Assembly (NCBI RefSeq): GCF_006345805.1
Contig: NC_043003.1
Coordinates: forward strand, 73,036,001 to 73,100,000
DNA from: Octopus sinensis
Taxonomy: Eukaryota
Length of the DNA stretch: 64,000 nucleotides
Direction of reading: 5' to 3'
Below the pieces are notes generated by a model. That model saw only the letters and a list, made by a program, of their open reading frames with translations. It searched no databases and was not told where the DNA came from. The translations under genes were made by a program, and so were the position numbers. Shown here piece after piece: positions 24,931-39,242 of the stretch (within the stretch, counting starts at the first letter, position 1; each line of letters begins with the position of its first letter).

Positions 24931-25303
24931 TATATAATATATATATATATCGCAGCGTCCACTGCTTTCTACTCGTTTTGGTCTAATGATCCTCCATGTT
25001 TATTTTAGTTCGGTTTCCTTGTATGTCTCCACTCTCCTGTTTTGCTTCTCAACTTTTCCCCTCCATATATCCTAAATTTTATTTCAGAATTCTTATTTTA
25101 GAATTCACATTGTCGTTGAACGCTCAAATGAGGAGGAGATAGATAGCCGACAACTGATGAAGGATCCTTTCTCTGTGTTTACTTGTTTTCCATTTTCTCT
25201 CTCGTTATTTATGTATTTGACTTAACTCGTTTGTTTACGTATTTCATGTTGTTTGCACAGCTGGGGAAGTCCTGTACTCATATATGCATGTATATATATA
25301 TAT

Positions 25304-25380
<77 letters not shown>

Positions 25381-25419
25381 ACGTGTGTGTGTGTGTGTGT
25401 ATACATTTATATATCTTTT

Positions 25420-25772
25420 ATTCTTTTACTTGTTCCAGTCATTTGACTACGGCCATGCCGGAGCACCGATTTAAAGGTATTTTAAGTGAAGAAGCCGACC
25501 TCAAGACTTATTCTTTGTAAGCCTTGTAAGTAAAGTTACGGGGACGGAAACACACTAACATCGGTTGTTAAGCAACGGGGGTGGGGGCGACACAGACACA
25601 CACACACACAAACACACACATATATACGACGGGTATCTTTCAGTTTCCGTCAGCCAAATCCACTCACAAGACTTTGTTCTGTCCGAGGCTACAGTAGAAG
25701 ACAATTGCGCAAGGTGCCACGCAGTTGGACTGAACCCAGAACCAAGCGCAAGCCTCTTACAACACAGCCATA
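25420..25772 (-). mobile_element. tRNA-derived SINE, family 2
   Basis: Homology to 37985..38335 along the whole length. Confidence 0.7.
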
Positions 25773-25982
25773 CCCGCACCAATATATATATATAATTTAT
25801 AGGAATGATCCAGGGGTATAATTACAAGGTACCTAAATGTTGCTTAAGTGTCCTAGAAAACAATGATGACACCTGTGTCTGATTTGATTTCGGAATAAGA
25901 ATGTCGTATTTAGGAGAAAATAGGAAAAATTGAAAAAGCGACAAACACTGAGAATGTTATTAAAACATTTATATCTTCATAT

Positions 25983-26068
25983 CTTCAACATATATTTCGA
26001 TGGATGCATTCAAAATAAGTCCGACAGGAAGAATTATGGCCAGGTATGCATCCGTCTCATCAGGAAAG
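25983..26068 (-). ncRNA. Type-I hammerhead motif, slightly decayed
   Basis: The reverse strand reads ctttc-CTGATGA-gacggatgcat...atgcatccatc-GAAATATATGTT-gaag. Stem II pairs at 10 of 11 positions; stem III is one change from the palindrome ACATATGT. Confidence 0.6.
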
Positions 26069-26799
26069 GTATAAACAACACTCATCAAACAGACATATTT
26101 ACAGATATAGGAAGCCCTAGAAAATGTGACGTATTTATATGCATATGCACGCACACGTACACCCACGCATATATGCAAGATGCATACATAAACACACACA
26201 CACACACACATATATATATGTTAATACTTTGACCAATACGAACATGTATGTATGCAAATATATACACACTCACACATACATATGTACATAAATACATACA
26301 TACACATACACTCATACATATACTCACAGCACACACATAAATACATAGGTATACGTTAATAGGCGTTTACGATCATATAGTTATACACATAAACACACGT
26401 TCACCTACAAGCACAAGAGCATACACATCCCAAAACATAGACCCTAACACATACACACACACCTACTTAAGCACATAAACACGCTTGTACACAAACATAG
26501 TATACATGCATACAGGAAAAAACCCTGATATATACGCATATACATATATGGAAATCCAAGTAGTGAGGGAACGCTAAATATTTAAAAGTGTCGTTAAGGA
26601 AATATACTTCATAGGGTGAGAAAATGAAGAAAAGGGTTAGAAAGATAAGGAGGGGAAAGAAAAAACAAAATAAAAAGGGAGAGAGAGAGAGAGAGAGGTA
26701 AGAGTAACGGGCAAAATCGTATAGATAAAAGGTAGGAAGAGAAAAAAGACGGGAAGAATAAATGTTATGGGAAGTAACATAGAAGAATAAAGAAAAGGT

Positions 26800-27900
26800 A
26801 ATTTCGCCGAAAATTTTTATTAGGAAATAGATTGATACTATTTTGAAAAATCGAAAGAATATTTTCTTCTAGTGTGTACACCTGTAAACGCGCTCCGTAA
26901 CTCCTTTACTAGATTATGTTTGGAAAAGAGAATAAAAAATTGCTCTTCCGTACAAAGAGGACAGAAAGATTTCCCTTTATCATAGGGAAAAGGTTTAGAT
27001 AAAATTTTCCATTCTAAAGAAAAAAGTTTGTTAGAATTTTTAAGGTACCATATTAGTTTACTAAGTCCTGTGGAGTTACGCTTTCGATTTTATTTGAAGG
27101 TAGAAAAATGGTTAGCCAGTCTGGATTTCAAAAACGTAGAGGATAATCCTATATAAAAAAGTTTATGTTACCAGAGGTAAACTTGCATTAGTATACGGTA
27201 TTCATTATTCGGCACTTTCCATTTAGGACACACGTTTTATTAAGCCCACTATTGCAAATGTTGGTTACATTGATGTTATCATTTAATGAGAGATCATCGT
27301 TAATATTATTGTTTGTGCTAATAAGGTTACTAGAATTATTAAGAGAGAAATTGCAACATCTTAGAATACGGCTGTTATATGAAGATATAAATTTGTCAGA
27401 CATTGTTAATGTTAGAGGAACCTAATCTGATACGGTGTGTGTTGAAAATCGAGTGGTACCTTGAATTAATAGGGACGTTTATTTCTATAGCATTACGGGG
27501 AGAGGTTGTTTGGGGGTTGTCCATATACAAGAGCTTGTCAGTAAAACCGCTTCTAGACAAAGCATCGTTTCAACCCTATTAAAGATCTCTCTATTGGCCG
27601 AGAGATTAGCTAGTCGTTTACTAATGCCTGGAACCTCGTTTCTAATTAAAATGGGGGGATAGTTTGAGCTCTTGTGGATGTATACTGTATACTCGTTAGG
27701 ATTCCTCTACGGGTAATGTTTTCCCGTACTGAGGTCTAAAGTTACGTCCAAGAAATCGACCGTCGCCAGGTTGGTGGTAACCGTTATGGACAGACCGAAC
27801 GCCTTAAATATTTTTATCATGTTCTTTACCAAATCCTTCTTGTCCATGGTATGGCCGTTCATATGGCTTAAGATAGCTAGACAGTCGTCCCTATAGAGGG
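26800..27900 (-). mobile_element. Penelope-like element: RT C-terminus, thumb, GIY-YIG
   Basis: LYRDDCLAI...VDFLDVTLDLSTGKHYP, YIHKSSNYPP, CVLNGKCRIMNTVY*C...FYIGLS, LEWKILSKPFPY. Confidence 0.85.
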
Positions 27901-28946
27901 CCGACTTATGTGGGTGGGTACGTCTCTTACATATCAAGACGCATGTATGTATGGGTGTATGTATGTGCATGGGTGCTTATGCGTGTATATGTGTGTGTAT
28001 GTGAGTATGTGTGTGTGCAGTCATGCGCGCCCATGTACAGATGCACTCACTCACATCACTATACGCATGCACGCAAAACTATATGAGCGCGTCTGCACAC
28101 CCACATTTAGAACTATATACTTGCCAATTCCGTCCCTTCTTACTTCCCCAACGACCAGACCGACTTCTCGTCTATTTTCTGTCTTTCACTCTTCCACGTG
28201 GTCAATTTCTTGTTCGCCATGCGGTATTTCCCAAGTAACTGTTATACATATATCAGCATCACACCATGACACCGCGTGACTTTCCTCGACCAATCGCAGC
28301 CCACCATACGGTAATAACGACCAACTTATGTCTTTCAAATTTAAATTGACTGGCGACTAGCGTCGTACTTGAAGCTCACGAGAACCAACGAATTTGAATC
28401 AAACTGTTTTAATCCATACATGTAATTCCCAATAAATAGGTTGAGTGCCTTTATTTCCTTTGTCCACTCACTCGTATATATATATATTTATGTTTGTGTG
28501 TCTGTGTGTCTGTGTGATTTCAGTACGAATGGTTTTGTGAAACGGTGCCGAGTCTTACAACCTGTAAATAATATTGAGCGTATATATATAAACTTTATAT
28601 AAATAAATATATTATTTATATAAATAATATTGATCGTATTTATATAATCGCTTATAGCGATTACCGTGCAATGACTAAGGAAAATAGTCTAAAAATGGGG
28701 CATATGAGCCCTCGACAGAAAAAGGTAGGATTTCCAATCCGCGTGGAACTCGGACTCACATGCCTTTGTTAACGCCACTAAGTGTGTTACCATTACATCA
28801 GCCAATTAGCCTCCCCATTTCTGTCAAATTTAAGAAATATATTAGTTTGTAGTTGTCTTTTGTTAACAAACTTCTATGTGTTGTCGGTGCAAATGGTTTT
28901 GTAATACGGTGCTGATTTTTACAATCCTGTAAATAACAATAATATA

Positions 28947-28982
<36 letters not shown>

Positions 28983-29094
28983 GTAGTAAAAGAAAAGAGA
29001 ATTTCGGTTGTCCCAACGTGGTGGATTGTAATGTATATAAGAAAAATAAAAACGGAAAATACGCACACTTACATGGTTATAGTATAATTTTTAA

Positions 29095-29131
29095 TGTATC
29101 GACCGGTTTCGCAATCGCTATTCATGATACA
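29095..29131 (-). ncRNA. Degenerate hammerhead remnant (core partly deleted)
   Basis: The reverse strand reads tgtatc-atga-atagcgattgc-GAAACCGGTC-gataca, with 6-bp stem I, ACCGGT palindrome and GUC site, but CTG is missing from the core. Confidence 0.4.
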
Positions 29132-29228
29132 ATGTTTAATTTATATGAAAATATATTTTTTCTTAAGAAGAAAATGGGTCCATGTTGTTTATAATTAGAT
29201 TCACGAGTATACACACACACTCACATAT

Positions 29229-29524
29229 AAGGAAAAAGAAGATGGAATTAAAATTGATGAATAACAATTGATTTACACCAATTATCATTTACTAGTTAAT
29301 TACAAAAAGACAGAAGTTCGACTTACAGCTGTTTCCGTTTGTGCGATTCACAAGTTTAACCACTACCATAATGATAATAGTTATCATTGCACTAACAGAA
29401 ACAGCTGTCAGTTCGCTCTAACAGAACTAATTTGAAATTCTGTCTTTTTTAATTAATTAATAAATGATAATTGGAATAAATCAATTGTTATTCATTGATT
29501 TTATTTCCATTTTCTGTTTTCCTT
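29229..29524. repeat. Diverged inverted repeat
   Basis: 29229-29347 versus 29385-29524 (the right arm has an insertion). Both arms carry GAAACAGCTGT. Confidence 0.75.
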
Positions 29525-29675
29525 GGATATTGATAAATTTCTGTTAATTTTTGTCATTACCTATCATTTATGAGCTTTAATACCAATGTTCATGGTCAAA
29601 TACAGTTAATTCACCAGCTAATTCATAGGATATATGTATCCCTTAGACGGTTGTTATAACCTCTAACTTAATTCA

Positions 29676-29710
<35 letters not shown>

Positions 29711-30145
29711 TGTTGGAGAAAATAATGGAAACACCTTATTATATATATATATATATAGATAGATAGATACACACACACACACACACACACATGTTTAGAA
29801 TAATAAGGTACTCCGTTTCTAGTTCGAATGTCCTATGAAGATAAAGAAGTTTATTTTCGCGATTCTTTATAGGCACTGACTAGCATCGGAAGCGGAAACA
29901 GCCGTAAGAGTTGTTATGTCACATAAATGTTATATCATGTTTTGTATTAGATAATAAGCTTTAGATGTGGTCCAATTAATATGTTTGTTGATCTCAGGCT
30001 TTCTCCATTTCTGATTATATATATATATATATATATATATACTTACATGTGTGTGTGTGTATAATTAAGAAATGGAGTTAAAAGCAGGTGTGTCATTCAA
30101 ATCATTATGCAATCGAAAAATGTGTCGAAGAAAACATTGGTATTA

Positions 30146-30417
30146 TTCCTGAGAGAATGAAATGATGTAAAACAATATAATCATCTCATCAGGGAAAAAA
30201 AGAAACAAAACACATCATTAAGCCATTTTAGCCGAATGTGAATACCGCGTATATGATGAAAGGAACGCTGGTTTCTTAATAAATAACTTGCCAGCATTCC
30301 CTTCATCATATAGGCGGTATTCACATTCAGTTAACATGGCTTATTGATGTGTTTCGTTTCTCTTTTTCCCTGATGAGATGATTACATTGTTTTGCATCAT
30401 TTTATTCCCTCGGGAAA
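30146..30417. repeat. Diverged inverted repeat with 19-nt spacer
   Basis: 30146-30271 versus 30291-30417, for example catctcatcagggaaaa / ttttccctgatgagatg and gaatgtgaataccgc / gcggtattcacattc. Confidence 0.8.
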
Positions 30418-30689
30418 TATATGTCAGAAGTATAAAGATTTGAATAATACTTGCGTTTATCTCCATTTCTTAATTTATCTATGTAATACAAAATCATATC
30501 ACTAAACTCTAGAATTTCTATCTTTATAAGTAGGTTGTAACATCCTTAGCACTTATATGAATTTTTGCTACTCTGGTAACTATTTATTCATTTTCCTCTG
30601 TTATTTGCATATATTGAAAAAATACACACAGGTATATATATATATACACACACACACACACCTACATATACATATATATACAAAAAACA

Positions 30690-32060
30690 TCCCAGCTTCT
30701 GTCTCGGAAGGTATTATACTTGCAAGTTTTGACGTCAATAACCTGTATATCAACATTCCTCATACCTTAGGCCTGGAAGCGGTCAAACACTGGGTGGAGA
30801 AATACAGAATATATATTGATGAACGTTTTAGAACATACTTCATTACTCGTCTAGTACAAGAAGAAAACACCTTCAGGTTTGATAATATATACCGACAGGT
30901 AAAGGGCATGGCTATGGGTACGAAATTTGCACCCTCATATGCCAACCTAGTCATGGATTACCTAGAAGGTAGACTTTACGAGTAAGTATGATCACTTTGA
31001 TCACAACTTCAAGGAAAACATCGTGGAAGCGCTACCTCGATGGCTGCTTAATTTTTTGGGATAGACAAAAATAAGTCCTACAAACATTTTACCACAGCGT
31101 TAACACACTGCAGCCGTCTGTAAAATTCACAACAGAAACCAGCTACAACGAAGTACCATTCCTAGACATTCACATCAAAATACATATCATCACTGTCACT
31201 ACAGAATATTTTGAAAAAAGCAGACACACACACCAATATTTAAATTTCTACCTTTGCCACCCCTCACACTTCAAAAGGAACGTCCCATACAGTGTGGCAA
31301 GACGCACTGCACCATAGTAACTAACCCACAAATACGCTAAATTAGACTTGATGAACTAAAACACCTCTTTCTAGAACAAAATTAGCCTGTGGAACTTATA
31401 GATAAACATAACTTAGACCTCCAAAAGAAAAAGCCAACGAAGAAAGTATCCATTTATTAATACATACAAACCTGGAATAACCAATATTTTCCACGTTACA
31501 CAATCAAACCTACCAATACTCTTACAGAGCCCCAAAAATGAGAACACTGATGCACAAAAGCTACCTGCGAATAGTAAATGCCTGGATAAAAAAAAACTTA
31601 CAGAAACAACTTACAAGAGCAAAATTCACATCGGAGAATGAAACAGAATTCTTCGTAAAGGAATGTGGAAACAGCAGATGTGGAATATGCAACAACAATA
31701 GCTAAAGATGTATAGATGGGGACACCCACGTAAAATTTAAGAGTGGATTCTTATTCAAAGTAAATGCAAATATGAATTGCAAGATACGAAACTTCATATA
31801 CTGCATTACTTGTCTCAAATTCAAGGCGAATTAAATTGGCAAAATCTATAATTCCCTTTGCCAAAGCGCAAGAATCCATAGGCAGCACAACCGACAAGAG
31901 GAGCTACGGAAAATTCCACTGAACAAACATTTGGAAATATGCGGAAAAAGAAACTTCAAACTCTTCCCCTTCTACAGATATTCAAGGAACAACTCAAACT
32001 TGCGAGAAAAATGGAGCTACACTTCAGAAAGAAGTTCTCACTCAAATTAAACGCTTGAAA
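30690..32060 (+). mobile_element. Penelope-like element: RT + GIY-YIG, multiply frameshifted
   Basis: SFDVNNLYINIP, YRQVKGMAMGTKFAPSYANLVM, RYLDGCLIF, EVPFLDI, CKIRNFIYCITC, HLEICGKRNFKLFPFY. Confidence 0.85.
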
Positions 32061-32217
32061 AAAGAAAACATTTGGAAATATGTGTAGAAAAATTCAAAGT
32101 TCCGAAAGATAACGGAATTATACTTCACAAAAAAGTCCTCAACAAAAATTAACATAACTGTATATTTAATTTGTAATTCGACTTATGAAAATTAAATATG
32201 AATTTAACTGTATATAC

Positions 32218-32345
32218 ATTATTTACATTTGACGGCTATTGTTCTCATCTTGTTTGTTATTAACACAACGTTTCGGCTGATATACCCTCCAGCCTTCATC
32301 AGGTGTCTTGGGGAAATTTCGAACCTGGGTTCTCATTCCTAATGT
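32218..32345 (-). mobile_element. 3' hammerhead module of the same element (tRNA head not seen)
   Basis: Near-identical to 6400..6530 on the reverse strand. Upstream lies a composite microsatellite (32345-32562) and then a mariner fragment. Confidence 0.8.
32262..32307 (-). ncRNA. Minimal type-I hammerhead ribozyme motif (best-preserved copy)
   Basis: The reverse strand reads gacac-CTGATGA-a-ggctg-gagggtatat-cagcc-GAAAC-GTT-gtgtt, with stem I fully paired (one G-U). Confidence 0.78.
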
Positions 32346-32509
32346 CATCTTCTTCTTCTTCTTCTTCTTCTTCTTCTTCTTCTTCTTCTTCTTCTTCTTC
32401 TTCTTCTTCTTCTTCTTCTTCTTCTTCTCTTCTTTTCTTCTTCTTCTTCTTCTTCTCCTCCTCCTCCATCATCATCATCATCATCATCATTTCGATGTTG
32501 TTGTTGTTG

Positions 32510-32541
<32 letters not shown>

Positions 32542-32569
32542 TTATTATTATTATTATTATTATTCGCTG

Positions 32570-32960
32570 TGTCCATGAGTTGAGCAGTGACGAGCAAGGA
32601 AACCAGCGGAGATTGTGGCTCGTTGATTTCTGTTGTTGTCACTTAAAGCATGCAGAACACATGATCCAACTTCTGAACCTTTTCCTTCAAGTGAAGATGC
32701 TTCCCTGTAGCAGTGCGGGAGCATTCCATTTTCTCTGCCAGTTTACTTGTTGTTTGACGAGTATTTTCGTGCAAAAGTTGGTTTAATCGCTCTTCATCGA
32801 ACTCAACTGGACGGCCAGAACGAGGTGACATGCCAATCAAGAGCGATTCTTTCAGCTATGGCACCCTCTCCATACACAGTACAAATGTCGCGAGCAGCTT
32901 TTGCGACCTTAGAACCCTGATTAAATGCAAAAAGAAGGAAGTGTCGTTTTTCTTAACTTG
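32570..32960 (-). mobile_element. mariner 5' fragment
   Basis: RSGRPVEFDEERLNQLLHENTRQTTSKLAEKMECSRTA..KHLHLKEKVQK resembles the Mos1-type HTH region. Confidence 0.75.
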
Positions 32961-33628
32961 ACATTCCATTTTAATGATCTGAAAATAAACAAAAATTAAC
33001 TAATATTAACTAGAAAAAAAACAAAAAAAAACAAAAAAAGAACAAAATAGATTCCAAAATGATTCAAAAATAGACTTATGGAAAAAAAATAGATTCCAGA
33101 ATTTAAAATCACGATAAATTTCAAAATTTAGAAAACGGCGGTAACTTAATTGCCAACCCAATAAATGACAATCTGATATGCAGTCTGTATCATATTCTGT
33201 ATTCCTCTCTCTAGCTCTCCTTTTTTACTCCGTTTTCTTCTGACAATTAATAATGTTCTTTCTCTCACCTTCTATCTTAATCAAGGCATCTCGCCACCAT
33301 AGTGTGTCTATATATGTTTATGATCACATATCAGCATAATATATTTTAGTTGGTAATCATACGCCTGAAGTTGACGCGCGATAAAGCCATCAGTATACAC
33401 ACACAATTAAACGCTTGTAGACATACATACGAACATATATATATTAATTAAACAAGCACAAACACACGTAACATATATACACACACAACCACATATACAC
33501 ACACAAATATATAAATGTTTGCAATATTAATACATCCAATTTTATATAAATAATATATATGCATATGTGCCTATATATGTATATATACATATGTATATAT
33601 ATATATGTATATACATACATATATATAT

Positions 33629-33661
<33 letters not shown>

Positions 33662-34315
33662 CTATATATATATATATTATATATATATATAATATATATA
33701 TATAATATATATATATGAGAATATAAATGGATACACACATATATTCAGAGATGCACAACATACACATATCGATAAATATAAGTGTGTATATAAACGTTTC
33801 TGTATATTTGTAAGTGTCTGTGTGTTTTTGCGTGAAATAACGTTGCTAATCAGACGTTTATATATAGAACGTGATACTGTTAGCTATTAAAAAGGGTAAA
33901 AAATATATATATTGAACGAGAAACGAAAAAAACAAAAAACAAAAAGGATAAAAACACAAGACAAAACAAAACAAACTATTGAACTGTTTACAGAGAAATA
34001 TTGTCCTTCTCCATAACAAATAGCACGAACGGCAAAACTATCTCATTATAAAGTGGCTTGGTTTGTAATTAAATTTCTTTTGGAGGAAAATATTGACGAA
34101 ACGTTCCGAACCTAATAGCCACTCTCTATTGTGCATATAGTTAGGACACACACATACATATATTTGTGTGTATTTGTCCATGGTTATTTGATATAGGCAT
34201 ATGTGTGCATCTGTGTCTGTGTCTCTATATGTATATTACTTACTTATCTTCAATCTTTTCTCGATACTTCTATATTAGTTTATACGTGTCTACCTCTTAA
34301 CAGAAATCATAAACT

Positions 34316-34348
<33 letters not shown>

Positions 34349-34550
34349 TTATATATATATATATACATGTGTATTAGTTCTGGTATTTGTACGGAAAAAC
34401 AAGTCTTACGCACACAGATGACAGTATTCCATGATTCAAGAATTAGAGAATGCCATATTCTTTACTTGTTGCCTTGTTTACAGTGTTAATTGTTTATCAT
34501 GTGTCTAGCTTCACTCACTCGCTAGTATTTTTCAGAATTAAGTTAGCCAC

Positions 34551-34597
<47 letters not shown>

Positions 34598-34779
34598 CCT
34601 CGTACGCACACACACACGCGCACACATGCACGTGTATATATTTATGTGTACACATATATATACATATATACATATGTACACACACACAGGCACTTACACA
34701 CATATATACATGTATATTTGAGCGTGGATGTATGTAAGTATATGCGTTTCAGGAGGATATTTACAACAATATGTGATCT

Positions 34780-37200
34780 AGGTACAAGGTTCATATAAAA
34801 AGATAGGAACTCACTATTATACAAAACCAACGCCTTCTGTGCGCAAAAAGACGGTGGTCTTTTCGTCGATGTTTCAACATATAAAGCTGAGGTAGAGATA
34901 AGGTAGAGCTGTGATTGAACTGTTGTAGAGCTGGGGTGTCTGATGCTCAGTATTTCATTCGCCATTTGCAATGCTACTAAACTGGAGCACCAATAAATCT
35001 GCATATAATGGGGCGATGATCTCTTTCAGTATGAATTATTATATTAAAGACAGATTTGGAAAGCATCTAAAATAGACATCTAAATATTTTGGTTTGAATA
35101 TAACTGATAACTTTCACGCGAGAGTTAACTTTGCAAAAAACAAAAACAAAAACAAATCGAAACACTAGCTTAAAAATAAGAATAGTCTATCACCAAAGAA
35201 CGCCGAAAGTGAACATTCCATAAAACTTCCAACCACTCAATGGCTATAATTAGGAACCTTGTGGTTGGAATAGAAGAGTCTCTGCTGTATCATAGTATAA
35301 ATAGATATTCAATCAAACAGATGCTATATTGATGCCATTACTAAGAAGCCCTCACCGATAATGTAGCTTATTTAGAAAAGTCTCCAGCAACCCACAGCCG
35401 TGTAAAACAGACAAAGGAATGTAACCTAGTTTAATTTTCCATACAATCATACAAGTAATTCCCTGACTCTAAGAAGACATTTGCCACCTTAGCATAAATA
35501 TTAGTAATTCAACTACTTATTTAACTGTTTTATTACATCTCTCACATCGGATACTGCTGCAGCAACCGCACTTAATATAGTCTATACACCAACAGCTAGC
35601 AAGTACCTGTCGAAATCTACCCAAATGTTTGCTTAGGAAATCCCCCTCCTCCAAGAACGTCCTACTCCGAGAAACAATAACACTCGGTTGGCATTGAAAG
35701 AAATTATACGAGACAAATGGCAAGCATTTTATATGGTGACGATCTATACGATTCTTTTAGATCGTTTGGGTAACCACCCTTGAGAGCTATAAACGTTGAT
35801 TAAGTCTCTTTTTCTGTTCAAAAGCAGTGCCCCCAGCTGCATTCGCAGTTCCATGTCTAAATATGCAACAAATAGACGGACTATGTATATACGGTACGTT
35901 GAGAAAGTTAAATGGTTAGTATTCTGCATGTTCTATTTCTTGTTCTAAATGTACTTCACATGTAACCTTTCCGAGTCTCCTAAACATTATTTACGCATAC
36001 GTTATAAAATAGGAAACTTCTAAACCACTAGATGCTTTACGTCCACCTGCCTCTCAACTGGATCTTAAAATCCATGCCTTGGTCATCTAGATTTTCGCAC
36101 AATAAGTATATGTAAATAACAAGACAGTATTTTTACTACCCAAAATTACATATTACACACATCAAATGGTCATTCCCCAATCTTGGTGACTGTATCTTGC
36201 ATTCCCACAAATAAACTTACCTCATTTATGTGTGTTTTGTTTCCACATCAACACGATACACAAAACCAACATTCCTTCCAACTAGTTCTCTATAATTAGT
36301 CTATTTCTCCATTGCTTGTACACATCTGCTAAGTGCATGCCCCACTTAAATCATATAACCGAATGAAATACATCTCGGTGTAATTGCCAATTATGACAAT
36401 CAACCGAAACCCGATAACTACATTCCTCTCCTTATCCTCAACAGCTATGAAGGTAATGGAAAAAATATACTATGCCACGTTAAATTTCTTTCCAGCAGTG
36501 TGGTTTCCAAAGAGTCCGACTCACCTTAAACTTGGTTATCTATATCATGTATTAATGGACAGGTACGTTTCTGAATGTACTCGAAAGCAGCGTGGTTGCC
36601 ATCCATGCTGTTCAACCCGTATTAGTTAACACCAACGTATCTAATATGAAAAAATGCTGTCAAAGTCACCCAGTTCTGTGTAACTAACTCCCTCTCAAAT
36701 GAAGTATTCGTCAAGGTTTGGTTATATCTCTAAATGTTCTTATGTTCATCATTTATTTACTTATATTTATTAAAGACACACACAAGTTATGCAGAATAAA
36801 CTTCTCCACTTATTTTTATGCAGATGAGTAAACTTCTTCACATCTGTTTCAGAAAGACATCTCACACAAAACACAATTGCCGTGAATATTGTTATGACCC
36901 TAATGAAGAGAGGATCCTTTTCCTAATACGCGCACTGAACCAATATCAACACTAAAGTCAAATCGCTGCATATCAGACAGGCAGTTCATCTGTTGCAGAA
37001 ATCCTAGAAGCAGCACATAGAAAGCACTGTTAAATTCATTCCACCTTCCATATTCCACTATTGCTGATGATATTTCCTGACGACCTGATAGATATTCTGC
37101 TACACAGATATCGGTAGCATCAACACTCTACACTGCCTAAGAATGATCTCCACTAAAGTGCAGCTCACGCCACTGGAACAATACTATATCGAACTAGGTT
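34780..37200 (+). mobile_element. Heavily degraded CR1/L2/jockey-like LINE RT pieces
   Basis: SKYFGLNITD (about 35080), SLSSTAMKVMEKI...QQCGF (about 36420-36510), IADDI (about 37060); many stops. Confidence 0.4.
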
Positions 37201-37852
37201 GACTGGTGTATCTAATTAGCTCTTAGAACAAAACCTATCCGTCTGTGATAAAATGTGTATGCACATACACACATAATCATATTCATGTACACACATATAT
37301 CCATGTATATGGTTCCGTGTGTGTTTTGAGTATGACTTTATATATATACTCACACACAAATATGTATATATATATGATACTACATATATGGATATAACAT
37401 TACCGATAAGTAAGGAGATTTCCATCGAGTTCACGAGGTTCCGCGTTGTCCGCGGCATCAGGATGATGTAAAGCTTATGAGTGTCATTGAGTAAACTGAA
37501 ACTGTTTGGAAGCCAGGGGCTATATTAAGTTCAAACGTTACTCTGGAACACTCAACCACATGCATGCTGATCCAATGAGCACTTGAGTCGATCGAGCAAC
37601 TGTATACCGATGGCGAAATTGGAAGTCATTTATTTACCTCCGTTCATATGTTGTGTATAAAGGCTTTGCTTACCTACAAATACATATGTGCGTTTATATT
37701 TACACACGCCCAGACTCAGGTACATATATAACAAAGTAACACCAAATATATAGTGCGTGTGATTTTATTGGCTAAACTGGCAAAATGACCATTCCGAAAT
37801 ATAACAATATCTATACATATATATATATTTGTACATATATATATATATACAT

Positions 37853-38335
<483 letters not shown>

Positions 38336-38337
38336 AC

Positions 38338-38412
<75 letters not shown>

Positions 38413-39153
38413 TCAGCCCACGTATTAGCATATAAATTTCCTTTCATTATTCCCAAGTAATTTTCGTGGTTGAAACATTAGGGATGTGTGTTTTATATAA
38501 TGCAGAGACATCATGAAAATATGTCCTGCGCATCACACATAATACAAAGGGCAAGCTGAAGGTTAAGGAAACGTATTCTGAAGTGTATAACTTTGAGAAC
38601 GCTAAGTAAAATAATATCTTATATTTGTATGTATGTTTGTAGTCTAACGGTTAAAACATTATCCGAATCATAAAATATATCGGAATAAATATACCAGGTT
38701 ACGCAAAATATCAACACAGAAGACAAAAATGAAACGAAAGTTTAATTCTTAATTCTATACTTAATGAGAAGTTAAGAAAAAGGGATTATCGTTGATGTTT
38801 CAAAGTAGAATTTTCTTTAGAATGTTAGATAGTTTCGAAGTGTAAAGTTTCGAAGTAGAGGAAATAAATAAATAAAATGCGTGAGGAACGGGGGAAGAAG
38901 TGTTCTATGTGGTGTTGAAAATGACCGGAAATTGCATTGCAGAAATGGATTTTCACGTCTAAAGCAGCATAAATTGTATTTGTAAGTTATGCATGTGTAT
39001 GTGTGTGAACAGGATATTATAGGCTAATATGTATAATTGTGTAGCTGTGAAATGAATGTTTGCGTGTATGCGCATGCATGTTCTTGATTTTTTTTACAGT
39101 GTAATATATAATTAGCTTGTTATTTCCAGTGTTAGTTAAACTTTGTTTGTGTA

Positions 39154-39156
<3 letters not shown>

Positions 39157-39238
<82 letters not shown>
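39157..39238. repeat. (AT)n microsatellite (representative of more than 20 such tracts)
   Basis: Direct inspection. Others at about 7087-7203, 8915-9010, 15705-15800, 33580-33715, 37820-37985, 38342-38405, 49347-49480 and 59923-60002. Confidence 0.95.
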
Positions 39239-39242
<4 letters not shown>

